Positions 1 to 9,728 of a stretch of DNA of 64,000 nt are shown here, piece by piece. The stretch is taken from the NCBI GenBank assembly GCA_963845565.1, contig CAWJSJ010000005.1, positions 256,001-320,000 on the forward strand. Direction: 5' to 3'. Position 1 is the first letter of the stretch. Each line of letters starts with the position of its first letter. The position numbers and the translations under genes were made by a program. The notes beneath the pieces are model-generated. The model was not told where the DNA came from. It ran no database searches and saw only the letters and a program-made list of their open reading frames with translations. This stretch comes from an uncultured Methylomirabilota bacterium. GTDB taxonomy: Bacteria; Methylomirabilota; Methylomirabilia; Methylomirabilales; 2-02-FULL-66-22.

Positions 1-267
1 ATCATTCGAACCTTCGCCCCGTTTGTGGCCGGAATCGGCACGATGTCGTATCCGCGGTTTGCCCTCTTCAACGTCACGGGTGGTGCGGCGTGGATTATGT
101 CGTTTCTTTTGGGCGGATACTTCTTCGGAAACGTGCCCGTCGTGAAGCAGAACTTCCACTACGTCATCGTCGCGATCATTGTGATCTCCATCATGCCGCC
201 GGTCCTTGAGTACCTTCGGGCGCGGCGGGAAGGCGGGGCGGCACCCGCCGAAAAAGGGGTAGGGTAA
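1..267 (+). CDS. DedA family membrane protein, C-terminal part (5' end outside window)
   Basis: Open from base 1: [28 protein letters not shown]...W...GYFFGN, the typical DedA/SNARE-assoc signature. Confidence 0.9.
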   Translation: MIRTFAPFVAGIGTMSYPRFALFNVTGGAAWIMSFLLGGYFFGNVPVVKQNFHYVIVAIIVISIMPPVLEYLRARREGGAAPAEKGVG

Positions 268-271
268 GGCC

Positions 272-892
272 ATGCTGCATTTTCGGTTCTTCTCCCGCAG
301 CAAGAAGTTCTTCGACATGTTCGGTGAGGCGGCGCGCAATGTCCACCAGGGCGCCAAGGCGCTGGAGCAGATGCTGCGCGAGTTCCAGGGAAGCGCGGAC
401 CAGTGGCGCGCCGTCGAAGAGTACGAACACGAAGGCGACAAGATCACTCATCGGATCTTTCAGACGCTCCACCAGAGCAGCGTGACGCCCACGGACCGAG
501 AGGATATCCACAAGCTTGCGGCGACACTGGACGACGTCCTGGACCTCATCGAAGGGGCGGCTTTCCGGATGGCGATGTATAAGGTGAACGAGCCGACCCC
601 GGAGGCGATCCGCCTGGCCGGGATCATCGTGCGCTGCACCGAGCAGATCGTCCAAGGGGTCTCCGCGCTTCCCGACGTGGGTCGCATCCAGGCGCCCTGC
701 ATCGAGATCAATCGGCTGGAAAACGAGGCGGACGAGGTGTCGCGGGCCGCCATTGCCGCGCTGTTCACCGGGGATGCCGCACCGCTGGATGTGATCAAGT
801 GGAAGGAGATCTACGAGACGATGGAGACGGCGACGGATAAGGGCGAGGACGTCGCCAACCTGCTCGAGGAGATCGTGTTGAAGCGATCCTGA
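272..892 (+). CDS. DUF47 family PhoU-like phosphate transport regulator
   Basis: EHEGDKITH...TPTDREDIH.L...LDDVLD, INRLENEAD, IKWKEIYE.ME.ATD motifs. Confidence 0.9.
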   Translation: MLHFRFFSRSKKFFDMFGEAARNVHQGAKALEQMLREFQGSADQWRAVEEYEHEGDKITHRIFQTLHQSSVTPTDREDIHKLAATLDDVLDLIEGAAFRMAMYKVNEPTPEAIRLAGIIVRCTEQIVQGVSALPDVGRIQAPCIEINRLENEADEVSRAAIAALFTGDAAPLDVIKWKEIYETMETATDKGEDVANLLEEIVLKRS

Positions 893-1324
893 ACCCGAAA
901 CTCGTCGGCGATCATGATACGGGTTTCGGAGCTGCTCCGAACGCGCTTGCGCCCGGCTGTCAATGGCAACCGGGCGTTTGCTTTTCGTGGAAACCGAAGC
1001 CAACAGAAACGTCGAAAGGAGTCGCCTGAGAGCGATCCGGCGGTTGGCGAAACCGCTACCCAGCGGGTGCAGTTTTCTACGGCGCTTCTTTGCGATTTGG
1101 CCCGGTACGAGTCTGGGGGGGTGTACCGGGTAGTTTCTGGCAAGGGGATGGTAAGAATTGCCACACTGGGTGTGACATTCTTGATCGAATTCGGGCGGAA
1201 TGCGCCATTTCCTCTCGGTAACTCGTCAACCCGATTCCAGAAAACAACATAGATTTATTTATTTGTTGTGAGTTATGAGTGTGTTAGCCTGATACAAGAG
1301 TACTCCACCCTTGAAACTAATGTC

Positions 1325-1339
1325 TGGCATGCATATTGC
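1325..1339 (+). promoter_or_regulatory. sigma54 (-24/-12) promoter
   Basis: TGGCATGCATATTGC matches TGGCA-N6-TTGC. AT-rich tract upstream (1245-1320) and inverted repeat TGCCACA-N5-TGTGACA at 1159-1177. Confidence 0.7.
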
Positions 1340-1403
1340 CGATAATCGGAGTGTTGGTATCACTGCTGGCAACGTGGTCGAACAGACGACTCCGAGGTGT
1401 GCG

Positions 1404-1598
1404 ATGAATCTAACGTGGGTAGACGCCAGCTTGCTGACTGTGCTCTTCAGCCTGGGCTCCCTCATCGTCCAGAGCGTGACCCGCCGGGAAGCCCAGGAGG
1501 TCGCGGAACGGCAGCAGGCGGCGTGCGTCAGGCACGAGTGGGTCCGAATCGGGTCCCACGGTCTGATCTGCCAGCTCTGTGGAAAAATCCCCGGTTAA
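1404..1598 (+). CDS. Small (64 aa) membrane-anchored protein with C-terminal CxxH...CxxC zinc-ribbon-like motif
   Basis: GAGGTG RBS before ATG 1404; N-terminal hydrophobic helix; CVRHEW...CQLCGK; T-rich terminator-like sequence follows. Confidence 0.65.
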   Translation: MNLTWVDASLLTVLFSLGSLIVQSVTRREAQEVAERQQAACVRHEWVRIGSHGLICQLCGKIPG

Positions 1599-1780
1599 GC
1601 CTGCCGGTATCCGGGACCGATTTTTCGGGTCGCTCAAAACGTCCGGTTTTCTTTTCCCTGCCATACTCCCTCTCGGTTCTTGCTTGCGCCCTTTCCCTTG
1701 CCCTTGAAACGCCCGCAATCCTCGCGTCGCGTCGACGCCGGACGTAGGGGTTTCCCACGGAAAACGCGGGGCCATTTGCC

Positions 1781-1809
1781 TTGACTTTGCGTACCCTGGA
1801 TTGTACCCT
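1781..1809 (+). promoter_or_regulatory. Putative sigma70 promoter of tatAC
   Basis: TTGACT-17nt-TACCCT about 40 bp upstream of the tatA start. Confidence 0.45.
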
Positions 1810-1848
1810 GACCGCTGCCAAAATAGTCGGGGTGAGGGAGCGGCAGGT

Positions 1849-2310
1849 ATGTTTGGCATCGGTATGCCGGAGTTGGTCATCATCTTTGTGATCGCCCTGC
1901 TGGTCTTCGGGCCGAAGGAGTTGCCCAAGATCGGCAAGACCATCGGCAAGGCCATGGGTGAATTCCGTCGCGCCTCGGATGAACTGAAGGAAGGTATTCA
2001 GCGCGAGATCGACCTCGCAGAACGAGAACAGCCCGGGGAGTCCGCCACCACGCCGTCGCCGGAGGCCGCCACCGCCACCGTGCCGGCGGAACCGCCGGTG
2101 CCGACGGCCGAGGCCACCCAGGAGCCACAACTCGAATTGCCGGTCGCCGGAGCGCCGGCCTCGTCTGCGCCGGTCGCCGGCGCGCCAGAGGGGTCGCCGC
2201 CGGTCGTGGCGGCCGAGGCGTCGCCGGCGCAACCCGCTGCAACCGAGCCCGCGGCCACTGTTGCCCCCTCGCCCTCCCCGCCAAAGCCCGCAGAGATAAA
2301 GCATGTCTGA
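1849..2310 (+). CDS. tatA: Twin-arginine translocase TatA/TatB subunit
   Basis: MFGIGMPELVIIFVIALLVFGPKELPKIGKTIGKAMGEFR plus Pro/Ala-rich tail; overlaps tatC. Confidence 0.9.
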   Translation: MFGIGMPELVIIFVIALLVFGPKELPKIGKTIGKAMGEFRRASDELKEGIQREIDLAEREQPGESATTPSPEAATATVPAEPPVPTAEATQEPQLELPVAGAPASSAPVAGAPEGSPPVVAAEASPAQPAATEPAATVAPSPSPPKPAEIKHV

Positions 2311-3082
2311 TGAAGCCAGAATGCCCTTCCTGTCTCACCTCGAAGAGCTCAGGAAGCGGCTGATCATCTGCTTTTCGGTTATCGGCGTTGCGTTCGTCCT
2401 AGCCTTCAACATTCGGGAGTATTGTATCCGCCTATTGCAGTGGCCTCTTGCCACCGAGATCGTGATGGGTCGGAAGTTCCCGTTTCTCAGCTTCATCGAG
2501 AAGCCGCCCATCGCGAAACTCACAGCGCTCGGGCCGGCGGAAACCTTGTGGACGCATTTCAAGGTGGCTTTCATCGTGGGCGTCATGCTGGCGCTTCCGG
2601 TGGTGCTCTACCAGGTCTGGAAGTTCATCGAGCCGGGTCTCCTGGCGAAAGAGAAACGGTTTGCCCTTCCGTTCGTGATCCTCTCCACGATCTCGTTCTT
2701 CATCGGGGTGACGTTCTGTTTTGCGATCGTGTTGCCGATGGCGATGCAGTTCCTGTTGACCTTTGACCCGACGATCCAACAGATGCCCCGGTTCGGGGAA
2801 TACGTGGATTTCACACTGAAGTTCCTCTTGGCTTTCGGGGCGATCTTCGAGCTGCCGCTGGCCATTACCATCGCTGCCCGCCTGGGCCTGGTCACGCCGC
2901 AGTTCCTGTCGCGGAACCGGAAGTATGCGATCTTGGTGATTTTCGTGGTGGCCGCCATCCTCACGCCGACGCCGGATGTCTTCAATCAAGCCTTGATGGC
3001 GGTGCCGATGTGCGTGTTGTACGAGGTCGGCATTCTGGCGGCCCGCGTCGTCGTCCGCCGCCCCAAGCCTGCCGAAGCGTAA
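2303..3082 (+). CDS. tatC: Twin-arginine translocase TatC
   Basis: MPFLSHLEELRKRL, YQVWKFIEPGL..KE, FELP, AAILTPTPD, LYEVGI. Confidence 0.97.
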   Translation: MSDEARMPFLSHLEELRKRLIICFSVIGVAFVLAFNIREYCIRLLQWPLATEIVMGRKFPFLSFIEKPPIAKLTALGPAETLWTHFKVAFIVGVMLALPVVLYQVWKFIEPGLLAKEKRFALPFVILSTISFFIGVTFCFAIVLPMAMQFLLTFDPTIQQMPRFGEYVDFTLKFLLAFGAIFELPLAITIAARLGLVTPQFLSRNRKYAILVIFVVAAILTPTPDVFNQALMAVPMCVLYEVGILAARVVVRRPKPAEA

Positions 3083-3670
3083 TCGGTCCCGGCGCGGCCG
3101 AGCGGCCGCAGCGCTTCCGCCCGTCCAGATCCCGGTCGTCCAAGAGAGCCAATAGGTCTATCGCTGGCAGGCCCTGCGGTTCGGTCCGGGCTCTTGCTTC
3201 GCATTCTTTCAGAAGCCGCTCCGCCTTTCGGGCAGTCTTGCCTTCTGCGGCCAACGTTCGGCCGCTGCACACCCACCCAGCCGGACTCTGTTCAGTGCAC
3301 CTGTCGGGTTCGGCCGCGTCGTGGGGAATGGCCTAATCCTCGGAGTGCTCCTCTTCCTCCTGGTTACGCACGACTCCTTTGCGCCGGCGATCCCAAGGGC
3401 TGACCGGAGGGCATCTTCCTGCGCCCACCCTGGTGCGCCCGCTCGACCCCCCGTCGCTCGGACGCGACTTCTCACCCCAATTGATCGTCGTATCACCGGG
3501 CGCGTTCCGCGTCTCGGTGGAGCTCCGCGTGCGATTCTCCAAATTCTCAGCGTGACGCTCTTCGAGAAAACGCCCATTCATCAAGCCCTCGCGCAAATCC
3601 CCGACACGATTCCAGAGGGCGAGGCGTGTAACCAGTTGTCATTGGTCGATCGATAACCGGACAGTAGTGG

Positions 3671-4396
3671 ATTCCCGCCTATAATGAAGCAGCGAACATC
3701 GGCCGGTGTCTCCAGTCCATCTTCCGTGAACTCGACGAGAAGCGCTGCTCCTATGAAGTGATTGTCGTGGACAACGCCAGCACGGATGGCACCGCAGACG
3801 CGGCTGGTCGGCATCCCGACGTCATCGTGGTTCGGGAGGCACGAAAAGGCATCATATTTGCCCGACAGGCGGGTTTGGTGCGCAGCCGCGGTGACCTCGT
3901 CGCCAACATCGACGCAGACTCGATATTGACGCCCGGGTGGGTCGACACGACGTTGCGGGAATTCGCCCAGGATCCCGCACTGGTCTGTCTGAGCGGGCCG
4001 CAGCGCTACTTCGATGCGCCCGCGTTCACCCGTCTGGCCGCGCGGCTCTTTTACGGGGTGACGTTTCTTACGTATCTCGTCAATCGCTTCATCATCCGGG
4101 CAGGCTCCATGGTCCAGGGTGGGAACTTTGTCTGTCGACGCAGCGCGTTGGAAAAGATCGGAGGGTTCGACACCACCATCCAGTTCTACGGGGAGGATAC
4201 CGACATCGCCCGGCGCCTGCATCGCGTGGGGCGGGTCAAGTTCACTTTCGCGCTTCCCATTCTCGCATCCGGGAGGCGTCTGGTCGGGGAGGGCGTGGTT
4301 ACGACGGGTATCCGGTACGCGGTGAATTACCTGTGGGTCACGGCATTTGGGCGGCCGTTCACGCGGGCATCGCGCGATATCCGCCCGGTGCACTAG
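3671..4396 (+). CDS. Glycosyltransferase family 2; start codon missing or frameshifted
   Basis: IPAYNEAANIGRCL (from 3671), VIVVDNASTDGT, IDAD, GGFD...YGEDTD; in-frame TAG at 3665, with 'VV' one base out of frame. Confidence 0.8.
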   Translation: MPAYNEAANIGRCLQSIFRELDEKRCSYEVIVVDNASTDGTADAAGRHPDVIVVREARKGIIFARQAGLVRSRGDLVANIDADSILTPGWVDTTLREFAQDPALVCLSGPQRYFDAPAFTRLAARLFYGVTFLTYLVNRFIIRAGSMVQGGNFVCRRSALEKIGGFDTTIQFYGEDTDIARRLHRVGRVKFTFALPILASGRRLVGEGVVTTGIRYAVNYLWVTAFGRPFTRASRDIRPVH

Positions 4397-4486
4397 CATC
4401 GCACCGGCCACCGGAACCAGGGCCGCGCGCCTATCGAAATCCATGCGCAACGACACTCCTGAGCCAAGGAGAGCGGACCGTTGAGG

Positions 4487-5071
4487 CTACGCCCCAGGAG
4501 CGACAATTCGGAGAAAGTGTCGATGGAAACGAAGGTCTGAGGTCAGTTCGGGGTGGAAGGCGGTCACCAGGAGGCGCCCTTCCTGGGCGGCCACCGGTGT
4601 CCCATTGGAAAGGCGGGACAGAACCTCGACGTTGGTGCCGACGTCCTCGATGATGGGAGCGCGGATGAAGACGGCGTGGAACGGGACGTCGCCCAAGGTT
4701 GGGACGGACAAATCGGCTTCAAAGCTGTCCACTTGACGGCCGAAGGCGTTCCGCCGCACGGTAATGTCCATGGCCTGCAGGGCGGGGATGCCGGTCTCGT
4801 CAAGCCGCTTGGCCAAGAGGATCATGCCGGCGCAGGTTCCCCACATCGGGAAGCCCTCGCGCGCCAGGGTCTGCAGCGGTTCCAGCAAGCCAGAGCTTCT
4901 CAAGAGGCGGACGATGGTCGTGCTCTCGCCGCCCGGAATGATGAGGCCATCCAGCCCATCCAGGTCCCGGGGGAGTCGGACTTCCCCGGCCGCGACCTGG
5001 AGTCGCTCCATCGCCTCGCGGTGCTCGCGGAAATCCCCCTGGAGAGCCAACACGCCGATTCGTGGCATCAT
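4487..5071 (-). CDS. pdxT: PLP synthase glutaminase subunit
   Basis: IGVLALQGDF, IIPGGESTT, GTCAGMILL, RNAFGRQVDSFE, FIRAP, FHPELT. Confidence 0.97.
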   Translation of the reverse strand: MMPRIGVLALQGDFREHREAMERLQVAAGEVRLPRDLDGLDGLIIPGGESTTIVRLLRSSGLLEPLQTLAREGFPMWGTCAGMILLAKRLDETGIPALQAMDITVRRNAFGRQVDSFEADLSVPTLGDVPFHAVFIRAPIIEDVGTNVEVLSRLSNGTPVAAQEGRLLVTAFHPELTSDLRFHRHFLRIVAPGA

Positions 5072-5087
5072 GTCTCAAATTGCAAAA

Positions 5088-5137
5088 GACCAATGGCCAG
5101 ATCCCAATGCGCGCGCATTGGTCCTTGGCCATTGGTC
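5088..5137. repeat. Heptamer-based palindromic (REP/MITE-like) element between pdxS and pdxT
   Basis: GACCAAT-GGCCAGA-TCCCAAT-GCGCGCGC-ATTGGTCC-TTGGCCATTGGTC forms a long hairpin; related element at 27824-27908. Confidence 0.65.
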
Positions 5138-5153
5138 ATGAGAGGTCTGTTCG

Positions 5154-6035
5154 CTACCAGCCGCGGGCGGCCAGTTGCTCCTCTGGCTTGAGCGTGCGAA
5201 TCTCGATCCCGGGCATCGCCTCGCCCAAACCCCGCGACACCTCGGCGATGATCTTGGCATCCTTGTAGTGGGTGGTCGCCTGCACGATGGCCTTGGCCCT
5301 CGCCGAGGGATTTGCGGACTTGAAGATGCCGGAGCCGACGAAGACGCCGTCCACGCCGAGTTGCATCATGAGGGCCGCGTCGGCAGGCGTCGCGATCCCG
5401 CCGGCCGCGAAATTAACCACGGGGAGTCGTCCGGTCCTGGCGACCTCGGCGAGCAGATCGAACGGAGCGCCGAGCACCTTCGACTCCGCCATCAGTTCTT
5501 CCTTGCCCATCCCTTGCAGCTTTCGGATCTCGCCCAGGACGGCCCGGGCGTGCCGAACTGCCTCCACGACGTTCCCGGTGCCCGCCTCGCCCTTGGTTCG
5601 GATCATGGCCGCGCCTTCGCCGAGGCGTCGAAGCGCTTCGCCCAGATTCCGGCAACCGCAGACAAACGGGACCGTGAAGTCATGCTTCCAGACGTGGTGC
5701 TCCTCGTCGGCGGGGGTCAGCACCTCGGATTCGTCGATGTAATCGATCCCCAGCGCCTCCAGCACCTGGGCCTCGACGAAGTGGCCGATCCGACACTTGG
5801 CCATGACCGGGATGGTGACCGCCTTCTTGATCTGCTCGATGACCGTGGGGTCGGACATCCGCGCCACGCCACCCGCCGCACGGATATCGGCCGGGACCCG
5901 TTCCAGCGCCATCACGGCGCAGGCCCCGGCGTCCTCGGCGATCTTGGCGTGCTCCGCCGTCACGACGTCCATGATGACCCCGCCCTTGAGCATCTGGGCG
6001 AGGCCGACCTTCACCGTCCAGGTTCCCTTGTCCAC
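5154..6035 (-). CDS. pdxS: PLP synthase lyase subunit
   Basis: [54 protein letters not shown]. Confidence 0.98.
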   Translation of the reverse strand: MDKGTWTVKVGLAQMLKGGVIMDVVTAEHAKIAEDAGACAVMALERVPADIRAAGGVARMSDPTVIEQIKKAVTIPVMAKCRIGHFVEAQVLEALGIDYIDESEVLTPADEEHHVWKHDFTVPFVCGCRNLGEALRRLGEGAAMIRTKGEAGTGNVVEAVRHARAVLGEIRKLQGMGKEELMAESKVLGAPFDLLAEVARTGRLPVVNFAAGGIATPADAALMMQLGVDGVFVGSGIFKSANPSARAKAIVQATTHYKDAKIIAEVSRGLGEAMPGIEIRTLKPEEQLAARGW

Positions 6036-6665
6036 GTCGCTCCTCCTTTGCGGTCACAATCGGCCCGGGCGTCGGGCGATCGTGTATAATCCTCGCATCA
6101 CTCGTTCACGGGCAATCCTCTTTACCTTCGGGTACACCCCCGAGGGTAAAGCAGCAATACCAGATCATTATACAGAATATCGCCGGGTAATACCAACAGC
6201 TAAGATATCGAGGCGGTCCGAGCAGGCCCGTCACGCGCACCCGACATCGTCAGGCGTGAGCACAGCCGGGGCGTCACGCCGGCGAAACCGGCCGTGGCCG
6301 TCCGCGGTGCCAACGAGGCACGCCCGCGATTTCTGAGGTGGACGGGATTGCGGTGGGAGTGTGAAGCGAGGTCGCGGCCCCCCGTTCTCCCGGGGAGCCG
6401 CGCTTCGATCCCCCTCCGGGGTGAGGGGACGACCCACCCTATGCGGTGGCCGCGGGGCGCAGGAGGATGCCTATCCGCCTGCAGTGGCGGTGCTAGACAG
6501 GATTAGCTTCAGCAGGTCGTGCCGGCTTACGACGGCCGACGTGACTTGGCGGGTGCCCGACGAAATGGAGGAGGAGCAGGATACACCCGAGCGCCATTAA
6601 AAAAATTCCCCCCCAATGCGAATCCATGAGAGCCTCCCACTCGGTAGGGCGTACGGTCACCGGCA

Positions 6666-7214
6666 CTACTTCTTTGCGGCCAGTTTCTTGGTCGTTTCGT
6701 TTAGGTCGCGAACGATCTGATACTTCGAATCATCGGCTTGGACGAACCCGCCGAAGAAGGCACCACCCTGGACGAAGACCTGGGGCTGCCTGACCTTCAT
6801 ACTGACAAAGGAGTCCTGGATGGCCTGTCGCAGGCCGGCCGGCAAGTCCTTGCGAACGACGACGGGATCGTTCGGGATCAGCTTGGAGACCCAGATGACG
6901 CGCAGCGACGCGCGCGGGACCTTATTCTCGCGAACGAGCTGTTGCATGTCCGGAAGGTTGGTGGAGGCCACATCAACCTTCTTGTTGGCCACGGCGATGA
7001 TCGAGGCTTCGTGAGATCCGGAGAAAGTGAGCTTTGAGAAGTACGTCTTGGGATCGATGCCCATCTCGGTCAAGAAGAAGGTCATCGGCACCAAATAGCC
7101 GGAGGTGGAGTTCGGATCGTTGAAGGCAAAGCTCTTCCCGCCGATGTCTTCGGGGCTGAAGATGTCCGCATCGGAATGGGCGATCAGGCAGGAGCGGCTG
7201 TGACAGCATCCCGG
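6666..7214 (-). pseudogene. phnD: Truncated phosphonate ABC substrate-binding protein (PhnD, C-terminal ~180 aa only)
   Basis: RSCLIAH...FAFNDPNSTSGYLVP, FSGSHEAS, IPNDP; reading begins directly after the phnC stop with no start codon, signal peptide or N-lobe. Confidence 0.75.
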
Positions 7215-8039
7215 TCATGAGGGGACCAATTCGAGCGCGCCAAGCGCGAGCGGAAGGGGCGAGGCGTCCGCCTCCAGGCGGTCGCCGAAGATCTCCTGAA
7301 GGACGCCGTCCGTCAGGTCGGCGGCGGGGCCGTCGAAGATCAGTTGGCCGGATTGGAAGCCGAGCACGCGATCCGCGTAGCGCCGCGCGAAGTCCACGTG
7401 GTGCAGCGTGGCGACGACGGGGAGGCCGGCCTCATGCGCAATGGCGCGCAGCGTCCCCATCACCAGTTCACCGTTGTGGAGATCGAGGCTGGCGATCGGC
7501 TCGTCGGCCAGGATCAGCTCCGGCTCCTGCGCCAGGATCTTGGCGATGGCGACGCGCTGCTGCTCGCCGCCCGAAAGGGTGTCGGTTCGCTGCCAGGCTC
7601 GGTCCAAGAGGCCCACATGGTCGAGACAGCGCAGCGCGATCTCCCGGTCTCCCGCCGGAAACCGGTATGCCAGCGCGGCCCACCGAGCGGCGGGGCCGAG
7701 GTGGCCGAGGCGGCCGACCAGGACGTTGTACAGGACCGGGAGACGCCGCACGAGGTTGAACTGCTGGTAGATCATGCCGACGCGAGACCGGTGGGCGCGA
7801 AGGCCGGCCCCGGCCAGCGCAGCCAGGTCCTGTCCCCGGAACCGGATGGCGCCGGCCGTCACCGGCGTGAAGCAAGCCAGGCATCGCAGAAACGTCGTCT
7901 TCCCGGCGCCGGATCGGCCGATGACGGCCACAAACTCGCCGGGATGCATTCCCAGGGAGACATTCCGAAGGGCCTGGCGGGACCCAAAATCCTTACTGAC
8001 GCGCTCAAGCGACAGCGCGGGGGCGAACGTGTTGTTCAT
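7215..8039 (-). CDS. phnC: Phosphonate ABC transporter ATPase
   Basis: GRSGAGKTT, QQFNLVRRL.VLYNVL.GRL, LSGGEQQRVAIA, LADEPIASLD. Confidence 0.88.
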   Translation of the reverse strand: MNNTFAPALSLERVSKDFGSRQALRNVSLGMHPGEFVAVIGRSGAGKTTFLRCLACFTPVTAGAIRFRGQDLAALAGAGLRAHRSRVGMIYQQFNLVRRLPVLYNVLVGRLGHLGPAARWAALAYRFPAGDREIALRCLDHVGLLDRAWQRTDTLSGGEQQRVAIAKILAQEPELILADEPIASLDLHNGELVMGTLRAIAHEAGLPVVATLHHVDFARRYADRVLGFQSGQLIFDGPAADLTDGVLQEIFGDRLEADASPLPLALGALELVPS

Positions 8040-8064
8040 GATTCGGCCATTCTGGACGGGTACC

Positions 8065-8091
8065 GTTACGGGATCTTGACAGCCGAGTGAA
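8065..8091 (-). promoter_or_regulatory. Pho-box-like array upstream of phnC
   Basis: Minus-strand TTCAC/GTCAA/GTAAC at plus positions 8087/8076/8065 (11-bp period). Confidence 0.65.
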
Positions 8092-8174
8092 TTCTGAAAT
8101 GCTCCGTGCGGCCAACGGGGCGTCGGATGACATACCCGGTGTATGCGCCGCGCGCGGCAGTGACATCCGCTAGG

Positions 8175-9728
8175 TTACACGGCGACAGATACCGGCGGCG
8201 CCTGGCGCGAGGCGACCTGGAGCAGTTGGTCGGCCACCGTGCGGTCATTGGTCACGCGGGGGACCTTGTGCTGGTCTCCGAGCTTGCCCACCGAGCGCAT
8301 CCACTGATAGAACGTCCCCCGGGGAAGGCTCGTCACCATCGGGGCCACCATGCCCACACCCCTCTCGCGTTTGGTGTGGTAATCATGGTTCAACCCCATG
8401 AGGGCCTCGTCGACGCGCCGCGCAAACTCCGCCAGATCGGATGGGGCGTGCTGAAACTCGATAAGCCACTCATGGCCGCCGCGCGCCTCGGCCCGCGAAG
8501 GGTAGCGCGGGGCCACCGTGAACTCGCTCACGGCGGTCTCGGTCGCCCGACAGGCGGATGCCAGGGCCTTCTCCACCTCCTCGACGATCACGTTCTCGCC
8601 GAAGGCGTTGACGAAGTGCCGCGTGCGCCCGGTGATCTGCAGGCGAAGGGGATCCCGAGCGGTGAAGCGCACCGTGTCGCCCAGCACGTACGACCAGAGT
8701 CCCGCGGGAGCCGTGAGAACAATGGCGTATGCGCGATCGAGTTCCACGTCCGCCACGGTGTGCCGTCGAGGGCGGTCGGAGCCAAGATCCTCGATTGGGA
8801 CGAACTCGTAAAAGATGCCATAGTCCAGCATCAGGGTGAGACCGTCGCTGGGCTCGGTCTGGACGGCGACGAAGCCTTCGGACGCCGGGTAGACCTCGAT
8901 GCGGTGAATCGGCCGACCCATCCGCTCTTCGAAGCCCTTGAGATATGGAGCGAAGTGCACCCCTCCGTGAATGAAGACCTGGAGATTCGGCCAGCATTTT
9001 CCGAGGGTGTCCACGGGGCGGCCCGCCTCGCGCCGGGCCTGCGCCACCCGGTCGAGCAGGATGGCGACCCAGGACGGCATCCCCGAGAGCAGGCGAAGGT
9101 CTTGGGACGCGACGTGCGATGCGATGGCGACGATGCGCCGTTCCCAGTCGCCGATGGAAGCGATATCCGGACCCGGGGAATAGCGGCTCCGGATGACCGG
9201 GGGAAGCCGTCGAACCACGAGGCCCGACAGGTCGCCCAGGAGGCAACCGTTCCCGTGCGGCACCAGTGTCGTGCTCCCACCCAGGAAGAGCAGTGGGCCG
9301 CCCAGCAGCGGGCCGGCGCCGACGCGTGCCGCAGCCAGAAGGAAGGCGTCCCATCCCCCTTTGCGGTGGGAGGAAAAAGCTTCCGGTGTGACGGGTATGT
9401 ACTTGTCGCCGGCGGTGGTCCCCGACGTCTTCACCCAATGCCGTGGCCGGTCCGGCCAGGCGACATCCGTCTCGCCACCGGCCGCGCGAGCCCAGAGCGG
9501 GCCGAACTCCAGGTAGGTCCGCAGAGGGACGCGCTCCTGGTAGGCCGCCGCCGACCGGATGGCGTGGAATCCATGGGTCCGGCCGAATTCCGTCTGGCGG
9601 GCTCGTGCCACCATCTGCAACAGCGTGGCTTCCTGCAGGGCCGATCCACGCCGCCACACGGCTTCCAGGGAGCGCCGACGCTTCGCGGCGTACCAGTTGA
9701 GCAGCGATGCAGCCGTCCGCGCGATCAT
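8175..9728 (-). CDS. GH3 family acyl-adenylate/amide synthetase (GH3 auxin-responsive promoter family)
   Basis: KTSGTTAGDKYIP, SGMPSW, HGGV.F.PY, EVYPASEGF, GLWSYVLGDTVRF, GDQHKVPR. Confidence 0.9.
   Translation of the reverse strand: MIARTAASLLNWYAAKRRRSLEAVWRRGSALQEATLLQMVARARQTEFGRTHGFHAIRSAAAYQERVPLRTYLEFGPLWARAAGGETDVAWPDRPRHWVKTSGTTAGDKYIPVTPEAFSSHRKGGWDAFLLAAARVGAGPLLGGPLLFLGGSTTLVPHGNGCLLGDLSGLVVRRLPPVIRSRYSPGPDIASIGDWERRIVAIASHVASQDLRLLSGMPSWVAILLDRVAQARREAGRPVDTLGKCWPNLQVFIHGGVHFAPYLKGFEERMGRPIHRIEVYPASEGFVAVQTEPSDGLTLMLDYGIFYEFVPIEDLGSDRPRRHTVADVELDRAYAIVLTAPAGLWSYVLGDTVRFTARDPLRLQITGRTRHFVNAFGENVIVEEVEKALASACRATETAVSEFTVAPRYPSRAEARGGHEWLIEFQHAPSDLAEFARRVDEALMGLNHDYHTKRERGVGMVAPMVTSLPRGTFYQWMRSVGKLGDQHKVPRVTNDRTVADQLLQVASRQAPPVSVAV

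Noticed and set aside
272..892. DUF47 without an adjacent PiT transporter
   Set aside because: The partner may lie upstream of dedA, outside the window.
3321..3656. 111-aa ORF with a hydrophobic N-terminus
   Set aside because: No RBS or recognisable motif; could be non-coding or a relic.
6120..6151. Hairpin in the pdxS leader as a riboswitch
   Set aside because: Single stem only; no match to any riboswitch I recognise.
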